DNA of 64,000 bases from the NCBI GenBank assembly GCA_964544585.1, contig CAZJBV010000002.1:67468-131467 (forward strand), given 5' to 3'. Below are positions 40,470 to 50,069 of this stretch, in pieces. The notes under the pieces are model-generated. The model saw only the letters and a program-made list of their open reading frames with translations, was not told the DNA's origin and ran no database searches. The DNA comes from an uncultured Gammaproteobacteria bacterium. Lineage in GTDB: Bacteria; Patescibacteriota; Microgenomatia; 2-02-FULL-39-11. Made by a program: the position numbers and the translations under genes. The stretch's first letter is position 1. Each line of letters starts with the position of its first letter.

Positions 40470-41854
40470 AGAAATATTATCTAAGTCTTATTCTTCTAAT
40501 CGCTCTTATATTGCGTCTTATAAATCTCAACCAATCTCTCTGGCTTGATGAAGCTGCCCAAGCCCTCGAGTCCGCCCGCCCTCTTTCCCAACAGCTCAAT
40601 ATCGTTGCCGATTTTCATCCGCCGCTCTATCATATTTTTCTTCATTTTTGGATGCTGGGAGGCAAAAGTGAAATTTGGTTGCGCACCCCCTCAGTTTTAT
40701 TCGGAATAGGCGCTATCTTTCTCTTAATCAAAATAGGTAGATTACTCGGGCATGAAAAAGCATCACTATTGGGAGGACTTTTTTTTGCCATATCGCCATT
40801 TGCCATTTGGTACTCACAAGAAATCCGCCCCTATATATTTTTTACTTTCTTTTCTCTCCTATCAACATATTTTCTCTTAAAAAAGAACTGGTCATGGTAT
40901 ACCGCGACTTCAGTTTTAACAATATATTCCAATTACTTCGCCCCCTTTTTATTCCTTTCACAAATACTGTATGTCTTATTTTTCGACAAAAAAAATATAA
41001 AGATTCTTTTGGCTTTACTCATCATTATTGGTTTGGCCTTTTTACCATGGTTTCCCTTTTTTCTCGATCAACTTAAAGTTGGAACGGCAGGAGTATTCCG
41101 CGGCTGGAGCCAAATTGTTTCTGTTGAGGCAATAAAAGTTATTCCTCTCACACTGGCCAAATTCATCTTTGGCAGAGGAACAATTGACAATCAGCTATTA
41201 TACGCCCTCATTCTCTCCCCAATCCTAATAATATTTTTATATTCAGTCATTATCCTTGGAAAGGAAAAAAGTAATTGGAAACTCTTTTTTTTCTTTTTTA
41301 TTCCTCTCTTATCTGTCACTTTCATAACAGCAATCATACCCATTGCCGCCCCCCAGCGTCTCCTCTTTATCTCACCTTATTTTCTCCTTATTATTGCCGC
41401 ATCGATCGAGAAATTACCACCAAAAGAAAAATATTTTTGTATTTTATTAGTAGTTGCAGTTTCCCTTGCTGGATTGTGGCAGTATTATACCGATGAAAAA
41501 GTCCAAAGAGAAAAATGGAGAGAGGCAGTTCTCTATATTGAAAAATCGACGCCAAAAGACAGCGTAGCTCTATTTATTTTTCCCACACCATTTGCCCCAT
41601 GGCAGTGGTACAACCGGAATATCATTACAGGAAAAGGAATAGCACCTGCTTTTATAGTCAGGGACGAAGATCTTATAAATCTGGAAAAGGAAATATTTGA
41701 TAAAAAAGGAATTTTCCTTTTCCAATACTTAAGCGGACTGACCGATCCTGAAGGCAAAACCCTGGCCAAATTAAACGATTTAGGATATAAACAATCTGAT
41801 ATTAAAAACTTTGCCGGAGTAGGGTTTATATACGTTTTGGAAAAGCCTTTATGA
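40466..41854 (+). CDS. GT-C (GT39/PMT-like) membrane glycosyltransferase
   Basis: QSLWLDE, DFHPPLY, YSQEIRPY motifs. Confidence 0.82.
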   Translation: MKKYYLSLILLIALILRLINLNQSLWLDEAAQALESARPLSQQLNIVADFHPPLYHIFLHFWMLGGKSEIWLRTPSVLFGIGAIFLLIKIGRLLGHEKASLLGGLFFAISPFAIWYSQEIRPYIFFTFFSLLSTYFLLKKNWSWYTATSVLTIYSNYFAPFLFLSQILYVLFFDKKNIKILLALLIIIGLAFLPWFPFFLDQLKVGTAGVFRGWSQIVSVEAIKVIPLTLAKFIFGRGTIDNQLLYALILSPILIIFLYSVIILGKEKSNWKLFFFFFIPLLSVTFITAIIPIAAPQRLLFISPYFLLIIAASIEKLPPKEKYFCILLVVAVSLAGLWQYYTDEKVQREKWREAVLYIEKSTPKDSVALFIFPTPFAPWQWYNRNIITGKGIAPAFIVRDEDLINLEKEIFDKKGIFLFQYLSGLTDPEGKTLAKLNDLGYKQSDIKNFAGVGFIYVLEKPL

Positions 41855-42981
41855 TTAAAGTCGCCATAGACATAACACAAATAATTCACAAAGGTACAGG
41901 TGTGGCAAACTATGTCAGAAACCTATGCATCCACCTAGCCAAAAATAGAGACATATCTCTCGTACTCTTTGGTTATTCTTACTCAAAATTTAACGAGCTT
42001 CTAAATTTTACAAACGATATAAAAAGAATAAACCAAACTGTTGAAGTAAAACTATTTAAAATTCCAGAAAGATTTTTCAATATTTTATGGAATACACTAC
42101 ACATTATCGCGGTCGAAAGATTGATAGGTCCAGTGGATATCATCCATACCTCAGACTGGATAGAACCTCCCTCCCATGCTCCCAAAGTTACTACAATTCA
42201 TGATCTCATCATATACAAATATTCAGATACATCCCATCCATATATCATCAAAACACAATCCAAAAAGCTGGCATGGGTAAAAAAAGAGACAGAAACGATC
42301 TTTGCTGACTCAGAAACAACGAAAAAGGACATAGTTGATCTTTTAAAAATATCTTCAGAGAAAATAAAAGTAGTCTATCCTGGTCTTGATAAAGATATTT
42401 ATCCTCGTGGAAACCATATTATAGTCGGAGTCGAAAAAAGATATAAAATAAGAGGAGATTATATTCTCTCTGTAGGTACTCAGGAACCACGCAAAAACTT
42501 AAAAGCCGCCATCGATGCTTTTACTTTATATCAACAGCATCCTCTTGTCCAAATAAAAAAACCCCCAGTCGAGCTCATTATTATCGGCAAGTATGGCTGG
42601 GGAGAAGGAGCATACGTTCCGCCCGGAGTCAGAAATATTGGTTTTATAGAAACCAGAGAATTATCAGCGCTCTATAGCGGATCTTTAATGCTGGTTTACA
42701 CCTCTCTTTATGAAGGATTCGGATTTCCCGCTCTTGAAGCAATGAAATGTGGCTGTCCGGTAATTTTATCAGATAGGGGGAGTCTAGCCGAAATAGGAAA
42801 AAATGCGGCAATATTGGTCAACCCCCACGACGTCCGTGAAATAGCAAGACAGATGGTCACGCTGACAGTCAATAAAAAACAGAGAGATCAATGGAGGGAA
42901 AAGGGATTAAAAAATGCCGAAAAATACAAATGGGAAAGCGCGATTGATAAAATAATCTCTCACTATAAGAAAATTGCATGA
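41851..42981 (+). CDS. GT4 glycosyltransferase
   Basis: TIHDL, VGTQEPRKN, YEGFGFPALEAM motifs. Confidence 0.9.
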   Translation: MIKVAIDITQIIHKGTGVANYVRNLCIHLAKNRDISLVLFGYSYSKFNELLNFTNDIKRINQTVEVKLFKIPERFFNILWNTLHIIAVERLIGPVDIIHTSDWIEPPSHAPKVTTIHDLIIYKYSDTSHPYIIKTQSKKLAWVKKETETIFADSETTKKDIVDLLKISSEKIKVVYPGLDKDIYPRGNHIIVGVEKRYKIRGDYILSVGTQEPRKNLKAAIDAFTLYQQHPLVQIKKPPVELIIIGKYGWGEGAYVPPGVRNIGFIETRELSALYSGSLMLVYTSLYEGFGFPALEAMKCGCPVILSDRGSLAEIGKNAAILVNPHDVREIARQMVTLTVNKKQRDQWREKGLKNAEKYKWESAIDKIISHYKKIA

Positions 42982-44282
42982 ACAAAAAGGATACCCTTTT
43001 TTTAATCACCGCATGCCTTCTGACCTTAGTCATTTTCTTCAAAGCCCTTTCCAACTTTTTCTTCATGGACGATTTCGTCAATATGTATATCGGCTGGGTC
43101 CAAAATTGGGACGACCTCAGAACCATGCTCTTCTCATTTCAAACTTATCCTTACACCGCCTATCGTCCCATACCTTATTTTCTCTACGGATATATAATCA
43201 TCAATATTTTTCATCTCAATCCCATCATTACTCATCTTGCCATGTTTTCACTTCATATATTTAATGCCTATCTTGTCTATAAATTATCAAAATCTATTAT
43301 TACTGCACTCATTTACTCAACCGCGGCTATTCACTTCGGTTCTCTCTATTGGTGGAGCGGACATTATGTCACAGTAGGCACTACCTTTTTCCTCCTCTCA
43401 ATTCTTACTTATCCTAAATGGAAAACGTTACTACTATATGTCCCAATGCTTCTCTCAAATGAAAGTCTACTTTTGATACCAATTATTTATTTATTTATTT
43501 CTAAACTTCAAAAAAAGCACCCACCATACAAATTATTATCGTTAATGATTATAATGAGTCTTGCTTCGTTTATTTTTCGCCTTCGCATCAGTAAATTTGG
43601 CCAACTACCCGATTATGCCATTGGAAACATCACTCAAATAATTCAAACAATCCGTTGGTACTTTTTACGCTTGACTAACCTTCCAGAGGCAGTCCAAAGT
43701 ATGCCCACCGCCGAAAGAAATGTTTTATATACAATAGTCGCCATGTTCATTATCACTTTAGTTATCCTCGTCTTTAAATTCTGGAAAAAAATAATAAAAA
43801 ACTCTTCAATTCATCTCGGATCAATCATTTTTATTACTACCGCATCAGCCTTTTTCCTTCTTCCCAAACATCTTTCCAGTTATTATTTAAATACAGGTTT
43901 TGTCGGTGCTGGCCTAATTTTGGGGACAATCATTAGTTTCGGATTTTCCTCACAAAAATTTCAACTCAAAGCCATTTCCCTCATATCCATAATCACATTT
44001 CTCACCGGATCATTTATAAGCGTCCAATATATGAGTAAAACATCGCCTCTTGTCTGGCGCGGGGAAATTGCACGCAACTATATAGAAAAAGTAAGATCGG
44101 CCCATCCGGTTATTCTCAAAAATGCAACCATTATTTTTCAAAACACCAAAGTCCCTCTTGGAGAATTAAGTATTACCCTATACCATGATAAAGCACTCCG
44201 TTTATATTACAATGATAAGACAATAAAAGTATTGTATGGAAAGAAGTCCAAAGATAAAAATTTATTCGTTATTCAAGATTAA
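42978..44282 (+). CDS. GT-C-like membrane glycosyltransferase
   Basis: FFMDDF, YRP, LLSNE motifs; paralog of the 29993 and 31437 genes. Confidence 0.68.
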   Translation: MNKKDTLFLITACLLTLVIFFKALSNFFFMDDFVNMYIGWVQNWDDLRTMLFSFQTYPYTAYRPIPYFLYGYIIINIFHLNPIITHLAMFSLHIFNAYLVYKLSKSIITALIYSTAAIHFGSLYWWSGHYVTVGTTFFLLSILTYPKWKTLLLYVPMLLSNESLLLIPIIYLFISKLQKKHPPYKLLSLMIIMSLASFIFRLRISKFGQLPDYAIGNITQIIQTIRWYFLRLTNLPEAVQSMPTAERNVLYTIVAMFIITLVILVFKFWKKIIKNSSIHLGSIIFITTASAFFLLPKHLSSYYLNTGFVGAGLILGTIISFGFSSQKFQLKAISLISIITFLTGSFISVQYMSKTSPLVWRGEIARNYIEKVRSAHPVILKNATIIFQNTKVPLGELSITLYHDKALRLYYNDKTIKVLYGKKSKDKNLFVIQD

Positions 44283-44336
44283 ATTCATAATTCATACCTG
44301 CCTGACCGGCAGGCAGGCTTCATAATTCATAATTCA
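44282..44336. repeat. AATTCAT heptamer array interrupted by the 21-bp palindrome CCTGCCTGACCGGCAGGCAGG (44297-44317)
   Basis: AATTCAT AATTCAT A[21 bp]CTTCAT AATTCAT AATTCA. Confidence 0.9.
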
Positions 44337-44341
44337 ATTTT

Positions 44342-45421
44342 ATGCACATAGGCATAGATGGCTACGAAATAAATGCCCACAAATTGGTGGGCGTTGGAGT
44401 CTGGGGGCTAGAAATAATAAAAAAACTATATTGGTTAGATGATCAAAACAGTTATATTATCTATCTGCCATCTTCTCCTCAAAATCTTCCCCCGGAAAGA
44501 ATAAATTGGAAATATCGAATTATTCCCTCTCTCGGATTCTGGACATTTACATCCTTACCATTTGGCATTTGGTCAGGCAAAAAACTTAACGTTTTTTTTA
44601 GCCCCACTCATTACATTCCCAGATTTGTAAATATTCCACGCGTCGTATCTATAATGGATCTGTCTTATCTACACTATCCAGAGATGTTTCTTCCCAAAGA
44701 TTTGTATCAGCTGAAAAACTGGACAGACTATTCAATCAAAAATTCTCAAAAGATAATTACCATTAGCCAGTTTACTAAATCTGAAATAGTAAAATACTAT
44801 AGCGTTTCCCCTGATAAAATTGTTGTTGTTTACCCAGGCTTAAATGAAATTTATCTGAAAAAAAATACCGAAAAACCAATTATTCCAGGCAATTATTTAC
44901 TCTTCATCGGCACCATCCAACCCAGAAAGAATATTGAAAGACTCATTGATGCATTTGCACAAGGCCCCGCCAGGCAGAATTCGAAATTGGTCATTGTAGG
45001 CAAAAAAGGCTGGCTTTATCAAAGCATCTTTGCCAAAGTAAAGAAACTCAATCTTGAAAACAAGGTCCAATTCTTAGACTATATCCCCGAGACTGACATG
45101 CCCAACATTTATCAAAATGCTAAAGCCTTTATCCTACAGAGCTTCTATGAGGGTTTTGGTATTCCTGTAGTTGAAGCTATGGCTTCTGGCATTCCCACAA
45201 TTATTTCAAATACTTCTAGTCTTCCCGAAGTCGGAGGCAAAGCAAGTATTTATGTGGATCCAGACAGTGTAGACTCAATAAAAAATGGTATTATTAAAGC
45301 TCTAACTTTAAAAGACTTCGAAAGAAAAAAACTTATTCAAGCTGGCTTTGCCCAAATCAAAAAATTCTCCTATCGCAAAAGCGCCGAAATTGTACTCAAA
45401 ACCCTAAAAGATATAAAATAA
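44342..45421 (+). CDS. GT4 glycosyltransferase
   Basis: IGIDG, IGTIQPRKN, YEGFGIPVVEAM motifs. Confidence 0.9.
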   Translation: MHIGIDGYEINAHKLVGVGVWGLEIIKKLYWLDDQNSYIIYLPSSPQNLPPERINWKYRIIPSLGFWTFTSLPFGIWSGKKLNVFFSPTHYIPRFVNIPRVVSIMDLSYLHYPEMFLPKDLYQLKNWTDYSIKNSQKIITISQFTKSEIVKYYSVSPDKIVVVYPGLNEIYLKKNTEKPIIPGNYLLFIGTIQPRKNIERLIDAFAQGPARQNSKLVIVGKKGWLYQSIFAKVKKLNLENKVQFLDYIPETDMPNIYQNAKAFILQSFYEGFGIPVVEAMASGIPTIISNTSSLPEVGGKASIYVDPDSVDSIKNGIIKALTLKDFERKKLIQAGFAQIKKFSYRKSAEIVLKTLKDIK

Positions 45422-45440
45422 CAAAGGAGGGCGAATCCGA

Positions 45441-45477
45441 CACCTCCGAGGTGTGCGCATGCACTCCTCGGACGGTG
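45441..45477. repeat. Empty CACCT...GGTG hairpin element (37 bp), intergenic
   Basis: Identical to 51245-51280 except for one extra C in the right arm. Confidence 0.9.
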
Positions 45478-45491
45478 TTGCATTAAGATCT

Positions 45492-46088
45492 ATGTTTAAA
45501 GACAAAGATGGTCGGAGTCTAAGCGTCCATGAGGCTAGCGTCAAGGGCGTAAATAGATTATTCAATATAATTCTCGATTTTGAACTCATGCTTCTTAGAT
45601 GGGTAGGGCATTTTCCCATCCATTTCATCCGCCGCTTTTTTTATCGACTCGCTGGTATAAAAATAGGCAACGGCTCCACTATCCACATGTGGGCAAACTT
45701 TTTCTATCCCCCAAACATCACAATTGGAGATGACACCACTATTGGTGACCACGCCTTTCTAGACGGGCGCGCCCCATTAACTATCGGCAATCACGTCGAT
45801 ATCGCCTCCCAAGTATTAATTTATAACTCTGAGCACGATATAAATGATCCTACATTCAAAGCTATAGTGCAAAATGTAGTCATAGAAGACTATGTATTTA
45901 TTGGTCCCCGCTCAATCATTCTTCCCGGTGTCACTATCGGCAAAGGTGCAATTATTGGCGCCGGAGCCGTAGTAACCGGTGACATTGACCCATTCACGGT
46001 AGTTGGTGGAGTTCCAGCAAAACCTATAACCAAACGCACTCTTCAAAACCCATCTTACCGCATTGGCCGCGCCCGACTCTTTCAATGA
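45492..46088 (+). CDS. Hexapeptide-repeat (left-handed beta-helix) O-acetyltransferase
   Basis: IGNGSTI, IGDDTTI, IGNHVDI repeats and ILPGVTIGKGAIIGAGAVV...GGVPA. ATG at 45492; the upstream GTG lies inside the repeat. Confidence 0.88.
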   Translation: MFKDKDGRSLSVHEASVKGVNRLFNIILDFELMLLRWVGHFPIHFIRRFFYRLAGIKIGNGSTIHMWANFFYPPNITIGDDTTIGDHAFLDGRAPLTIGNHVDIASQVLIYNSEHDINDPTFKAIVQNVVIEDYVFIGPRSIILPGVTIGKGAIIGAGAVVTGDIDPFTVVGGVPAKPITKRTLQNPSYRIGRARLFQ

Positions 46089-46987
46089 AACTCTCCATTA
46101 TTATTGTCAGTTTCAATACCAAAGATCTTTTAAAAGATTGCCTTAACTCAATTTCCCAAAAAACGTCAAAAGAATTTTTAAAAAAAATTGAGATAATGGT
46201 CGTAGACAACTCTTCCACCGATGGATCAGTCGAAATGCTAAAAAAAGAATATCCAACAGTATTAATCATCGAAAATAGAGAAAACCTGGGATTTTCTAAG
46301 GCAAATAATATTGCTATAAGAAAATCAAAAGGGGATTACATTCTCCTTCTTAATAGTGATACGCTTTGCAAAAAAAATACCCTGGAAAAAACTTTAAACT
46401 ATATTGAAACTCGTCCTGAAGTTGGCGTTCTCGGTTGTCGCCTCAAAAATAAAGATGGCTCCATTCAATATTCGGCAGGATATCTTCCAAATATTATCAA
46501 TCTATCTCTGTGGATGAAATTTATTGACGACGTTCCAGTTCTCAATAAATTTCTATTTCCCTACCACATAAATTTTCCAGATTTTTATAAAAAGTCTTCA
46601 GATGTAGGCTGGGTGAGCGGCGCATTTTTTTTAGTCAGGAAAAAATTATTTACAGTAGTAGGTTTATTTGACGAAAACCTTTTCATGTATGGTGAGGAAG
46701 TAGAGTATTGCCTACGCATAGCTAAAAGTGGTTGGAAAGCTAATTTTTTTAGTGAGACAGAAATAATACACCTCAAAGGACAGTCCGGAGAAGGGGAAAA
46801 AGCGGGATTATTAGAAGAATTCAAAGCTTTAAAATATATTTGGCATAAGCACTATCCCTCTTGGCAATTCCCACTTCTTATCCTAATTTTAAAATTCGGA
46901 GCTTTATTACGACTCGTTCTCTTTGGTATAATTTTAGGAGACTCCCATAAAAAGGAAATTTATGCGAAAGCTTTTAAGTTGGCTTGA
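46085..46987 (+). CDS. GT2 glycosyltransferase (rhamnosyltransferase-like)
   Basis: SIIIVSFN, NLGFSKANN, LLNSD, FMYGEEVE motifs. Confidence 0.88.
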   Translation: MKLSIIIVSFNTKDLLKDCLNSISQKTSKEFLKKIEIMVVDNSSTDGSVEMLKKEYPTVLIIENRENLGFSKANNIAIRKSKGDYILLLNSDTLCKKNTLEKTLNYIETRPEVGVLGCRLKNKDGSIQYSAGYLPNIINLSLWMKFIDDVPVLNKFLFPYHINFPDFYKKSSDVGWVSGAFFLVRKKLFTVVGLFDENLFMYGEEVEYCLRIAKSGWKANFFSETEIIHLKGQSGEGEKAGLLEEFKALKYIWHKHYPSWQFPLLILILKFGALLRLVLFGIILGDSHKKEIYAKAFKLA

Positions 46988-49900
46988 CGACAATCTTATT
47001 TCGATACTAGCCGGATTCCTTCTTGTCTTTATTCCTCTATACCCTAAATTGCCTCTATTTGAGGCTCTTCCAGGTTATATAGTCCGAGTCAGACTCGAAG
47101 ACTTCTTTGTTTTTACAACCGCATTTTTATGGCTCATTTGGCTCATAAGAGGCAAAATAAGCCTCGACCAAAATCCGATAATTAAATGGATCGGCATCTA
47201 TCTCGCAATCGGGATTCTCTCGATGGTCTCGGCCATCTTCATCATCCAGACTGTTCCTTTCGAAGCCCTACATATAGGCAAAATGGTCCTCCATTTTCTT
47301 CGCCGCATTGAATATTTTTCCCTTTTTTTTATTTTTTATACCACCATTCGCTCAATGCGACAGGTTAAAATCTATCTTCTACTTCTTATTGCCGTAGTTG
47401 TAGCCGTGACTTTGTACGGTTATGGCCAGAAATACCTCTATTGGCCGGCGTTCTCTACCATGAATCGCGAGTTTTCCAAAGGCTGGGTTCTCTATCTTAC
47501 AGCCCACGCCCGAGTTTTATCTACTTTCGGCGGCCATTATGACTTGGCTGCATTTACCATGATGATATTGATTATTCTCTGGAGTCTATTTCTTGGTGTT
47601 AAAAATCTTCTCTACAAGGCATTAATTTTTCTTATTCTGTCAGGGGCCTTTTGGCTTCTTATACTGACTGCCTCAAGGACTTCATTTTTAGCTTATCTAG
47701 CCGGAATAACCATCATGTGCTTTCTTTGGGCATTTAGACAAGGTTTACGTTGGTCATTCCTTTCCTGGATTGCCATAACTTTCTTAAGTATTTTTATCAT
47801 GCTCTCATTTGGAGATCTTTCCGACCGCTTTATGAAACTTTTAAAACTCGATGAAAGACTGGGAGGTATAAGAACGCTAGTCCTCAACCCTTTCGGAAAA
47901 CCGCCCGATGACCTATCCGCCTTATTTTTGGAAAACAATCCGGCTACAATTGCTGACGTCACCTCCAAAACGGACCAACCACCTTCTCCCGTTAGACCTG
48001 TGGATGTCACAGAGGATATTCCCCTCAAAATCCCATCAGCAAGCGGAATAGTTACAGTTAAAAGGACTTATTCCCAAAATGCCATTATGTATGATCTCTC
48101 CACGGGTATCAGATTCGATGCCCTCTGGCCGCGGGCAATTGCCGGTTTTAAAAGAAATCCCATTTTAGGTAGCGGCTATTCCACCCTTACCAAAGTCCAG
48201 GTAGAGGAATTTACAGAAGCAGAATCTACAGACAATGATTTTCTCCGAAGCTTGGGTGAAACCGGTTTACTTGGCTTTATTGCTTTCTATGGCATACTTA
48301 TTTCCATGCTTGTTGCTATCTGGAAGACATTTACCAAAGTAAAAGATCCAGTTTTTTATAGCTTTATTGTAGGCTTTGCTGGACTCATTATTGGCCTTCT
48401 TGTAAACGCAGCCTATATTGACGTATTTGAAGCCTCAAAAGTGGCTTACGCCTTCTGGGCCCTGGCAGGCATAACTTTTGGCGGCCTCAAAGTTTTAAAA
48501 AAAGATATCCAGAATTCAAATCAAAAACCATACATTCCCGATATCCATCGATTCCAAGTTTCGGCAAAGATAAAAGTTTTAAACTTTATAAAAAGTGACG
48601 TCTTCCGACTCATCCTCCTACTTCTTCTTGCCTTTCTTTTACGCAATTACAAAATAAATATGCCACTTGCCGACTGGCACTCCTGGCGGCAGTCAGATAC
48701 ATCATCTGTCACCCGAGATTTTATTAAAAATGGCATCAATCTTCTTTATCCTACTTATCAAGATTTGTCAAATGTAGCATCAGGGAAAGACAATCTCAAG
48801 GGACTACGTATGGTAGAATTTCCCCTTTACAATGCTTATGCCACATTTATAGACAAAATATTTGTCGGTTGGAATATAGAGTTTTCTGGAAGATTAGCAT
48901 CAGTCTTTGCTTCTCTTTTATCACTTATCTTTTTATTCAAATTCGTCAGGCGCTATTTAGGCAGAACCGGTGCATTTTTTGCCGCCCTTTTCTTTGCCAT
49001 CATCCCTTATAATATTTATTTCTCGCGTGTTATACTTCCGGAACCATTTCTTGTTACCTTATCTCTTGGTTTTCTTTATTATCTTGATCGATTCTTATTC
49101 GATAACGTCAAAATCTTCAAGCGCTTTTTACTCTTGATAATTTCTTTAATATTTTTATCTCTAGCCCTTTTAGTCAAACCATTTGCTATCTTTATGTTTA
49201 TACCCGCAGTCTATCTTTGGTATAGAAAGTATGGTTTTTCAAAGAAATTTTTCCTCGGACTATTGGTTTATTGGCTTATTGCTTTATTGCCTTTATGGTG
49301 GTGGCGTCAATGGATAAGCAATTTTCCTGAAGGCGTCCCTGCCTATGAATGGCTTTTAAACGGCGACGGAATTAGATTTAAAGGAGCATTTTTTCAATGG
49401 CTCTTTGCCGAAAGAATCACCAAACTAATCTTGGGATATTGGGGAGTGTCATTCCTTCTTCTTGGAATCCTCGTTAAATTTCCTAAAGAAACAAACGTAT
49501 TTTACTTTTATCTTTTGGGAATGTTAACTTATATTTCTGTAGTAGCCACAGGCAACGTCCGTCATGATTATTATCAAACATTTATAGTTCCACTCCTTTG
49601 CATTTTTTTGGCAAAGGGAGTAATGTTTCTTCTTTCCCATACAGCCGAAATATTTTCCCAAACCCGCAATTTAATTACCATAATATTAGTTATTGCTTTC
49701 ATGGAAGCATTTGGTTGGTACCAAATCCGCGATTTTTACAATATCAATCATCCCGAAATAGTCGAGGCTGGTCGCACTCTTGATAGGCTTACCCCTCAAA
49801 AAGCTCTTGTCATTGCCCCATACGAAGGAGACACCGCCTTTCTTTATCAGACAGGCAGAAAAGGCTGGCCCATCGTCCAAGACCCAATCGATATCATGGT

Positions 49901-50069
49901 CAAAAAGGGAGCTGACTACTATGTCAGCACCAAATTTGATGACCAGACCCGCGAATTAATATTAGAAGCCCAGAAAAAAACTACCGATAAAAAGCCATAT
50001 AAAATAATTGAATTTACCGACAAATTTGTCATCATCCAGCTTGTTCCAGATAAAGACCTTCCTAAATGA
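46962..50069 (+). CDS. Fusion of an O-antigen ligase/Wzy_C-like domain and a GT-C (ArnT/PMT-like) domain
   Basis: N half has STFGG, LTASRTS, NPILGSG, TDNDFLR..GETG; C half has HSWRQSDT, EFPLY, SR..LPE, LVKP. Confidence 0.8.
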   Translation: MRKLLSWLDDNLISILAGFLLVFIPLYPKLPLFEALPGYIVRVRLEDFFVFTTAFLWLIWLIRGKISLDQNPIIKWIGIYLAIGILSMVSAIFIIQTVPFEALHIGKMVLHFLRRIEYFSLFFIFYTTIRSMRQVKIYLLLLIAVVVAVTLYGYGQKYLYWPAFSTMNREFSKGWVLYLTAHARVLSTFGGHYDLAAFTMMILIILWSLFLGVKNLLYKALIFLILSGAFWLLILTASRTSFLAYLAGITIMCFLWAFRQGLRWSFLSWIAITFLSIFIMLSFGDLSDRFMKLLKLDERLGGIRTLVLNPFGKPPDDLSALFLENNPATIADVTSKTDQPPSPVRPVDVTEDIPLKIPSASGIVTVKRTYSQNAIMYDLSTGIRFDALWPRAIAGFKRNPILGSGYSTLTKVQVEEFTEAESTDNDFLRSLGETGLLGFIAFYGILISMLVAIWKTFTKVKDPVFYSFIVGFAGLIIGLLVNAAYIDVFEASKVAYAFWALAGITFGGLKVLKKDIQNSNQKPYIPDIHRFQVSAKIKVLNFIKSDVFRLILLLLLAFLLRNYKINMPLADWHSWRQSDTSSVTRDFIKNGINLLYPTYQDLSNVASGKDNLKGLRMVEFPLYNAYATFIDKIFVGWNIEFSGRLASVFASLLSLIFLFKFVRRYLGRTGAFFAALFFAIIPYNIYFSRVILPEPFLVTLSLGFLYYLDRFLFDNVKIFKRFLLLIISLIFLSLALLVKPFAIFMFIPAVYLWYRKYGFSKKFFLGLLVYWLIALLPLWWWRQWISNFPEGVPAYEWLLNGDGIRFKGAFFQWLFAERITKLILGYWGVSFLLLGILVKFPKETNVFYFYLLGMLTYISVVATGNVRHDYYQTFIVPLLCIFLAKGVMFLLSHTAEIFSQTRNLITIILVIAFMEAFGWYQIRDFYNINHPEIVEAGRTLDRLTPQKALVIAPYEGDTAFLYQTGRKGWPIVQDPIDIMVKKGADYYVSTKFDDQTRELILEAQKKTTDKKPYKIIEFTDKFVIIQLVPDKDLPK

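Noticed and set aside
44297-44317. Intergenic palindrome as a rho-independent terminator
   Set aside because: It has no U-tract, and related copies occur inside coding sequences.
44963-44977. GGCCCCGCCAGGCAG (GPARQ) as a decayed CCTGCC-family copy
   Set aside because: Too short and not palindromic; cannot be supported without an ortholog alignment.
45453-45491. N-terminal extension MRMHSSDGVALRS on the acetyltransferase
   Set aside because: The GTG/ATG starts lie inside the hairpin repeat; ATG at 45492 is the more likely start.
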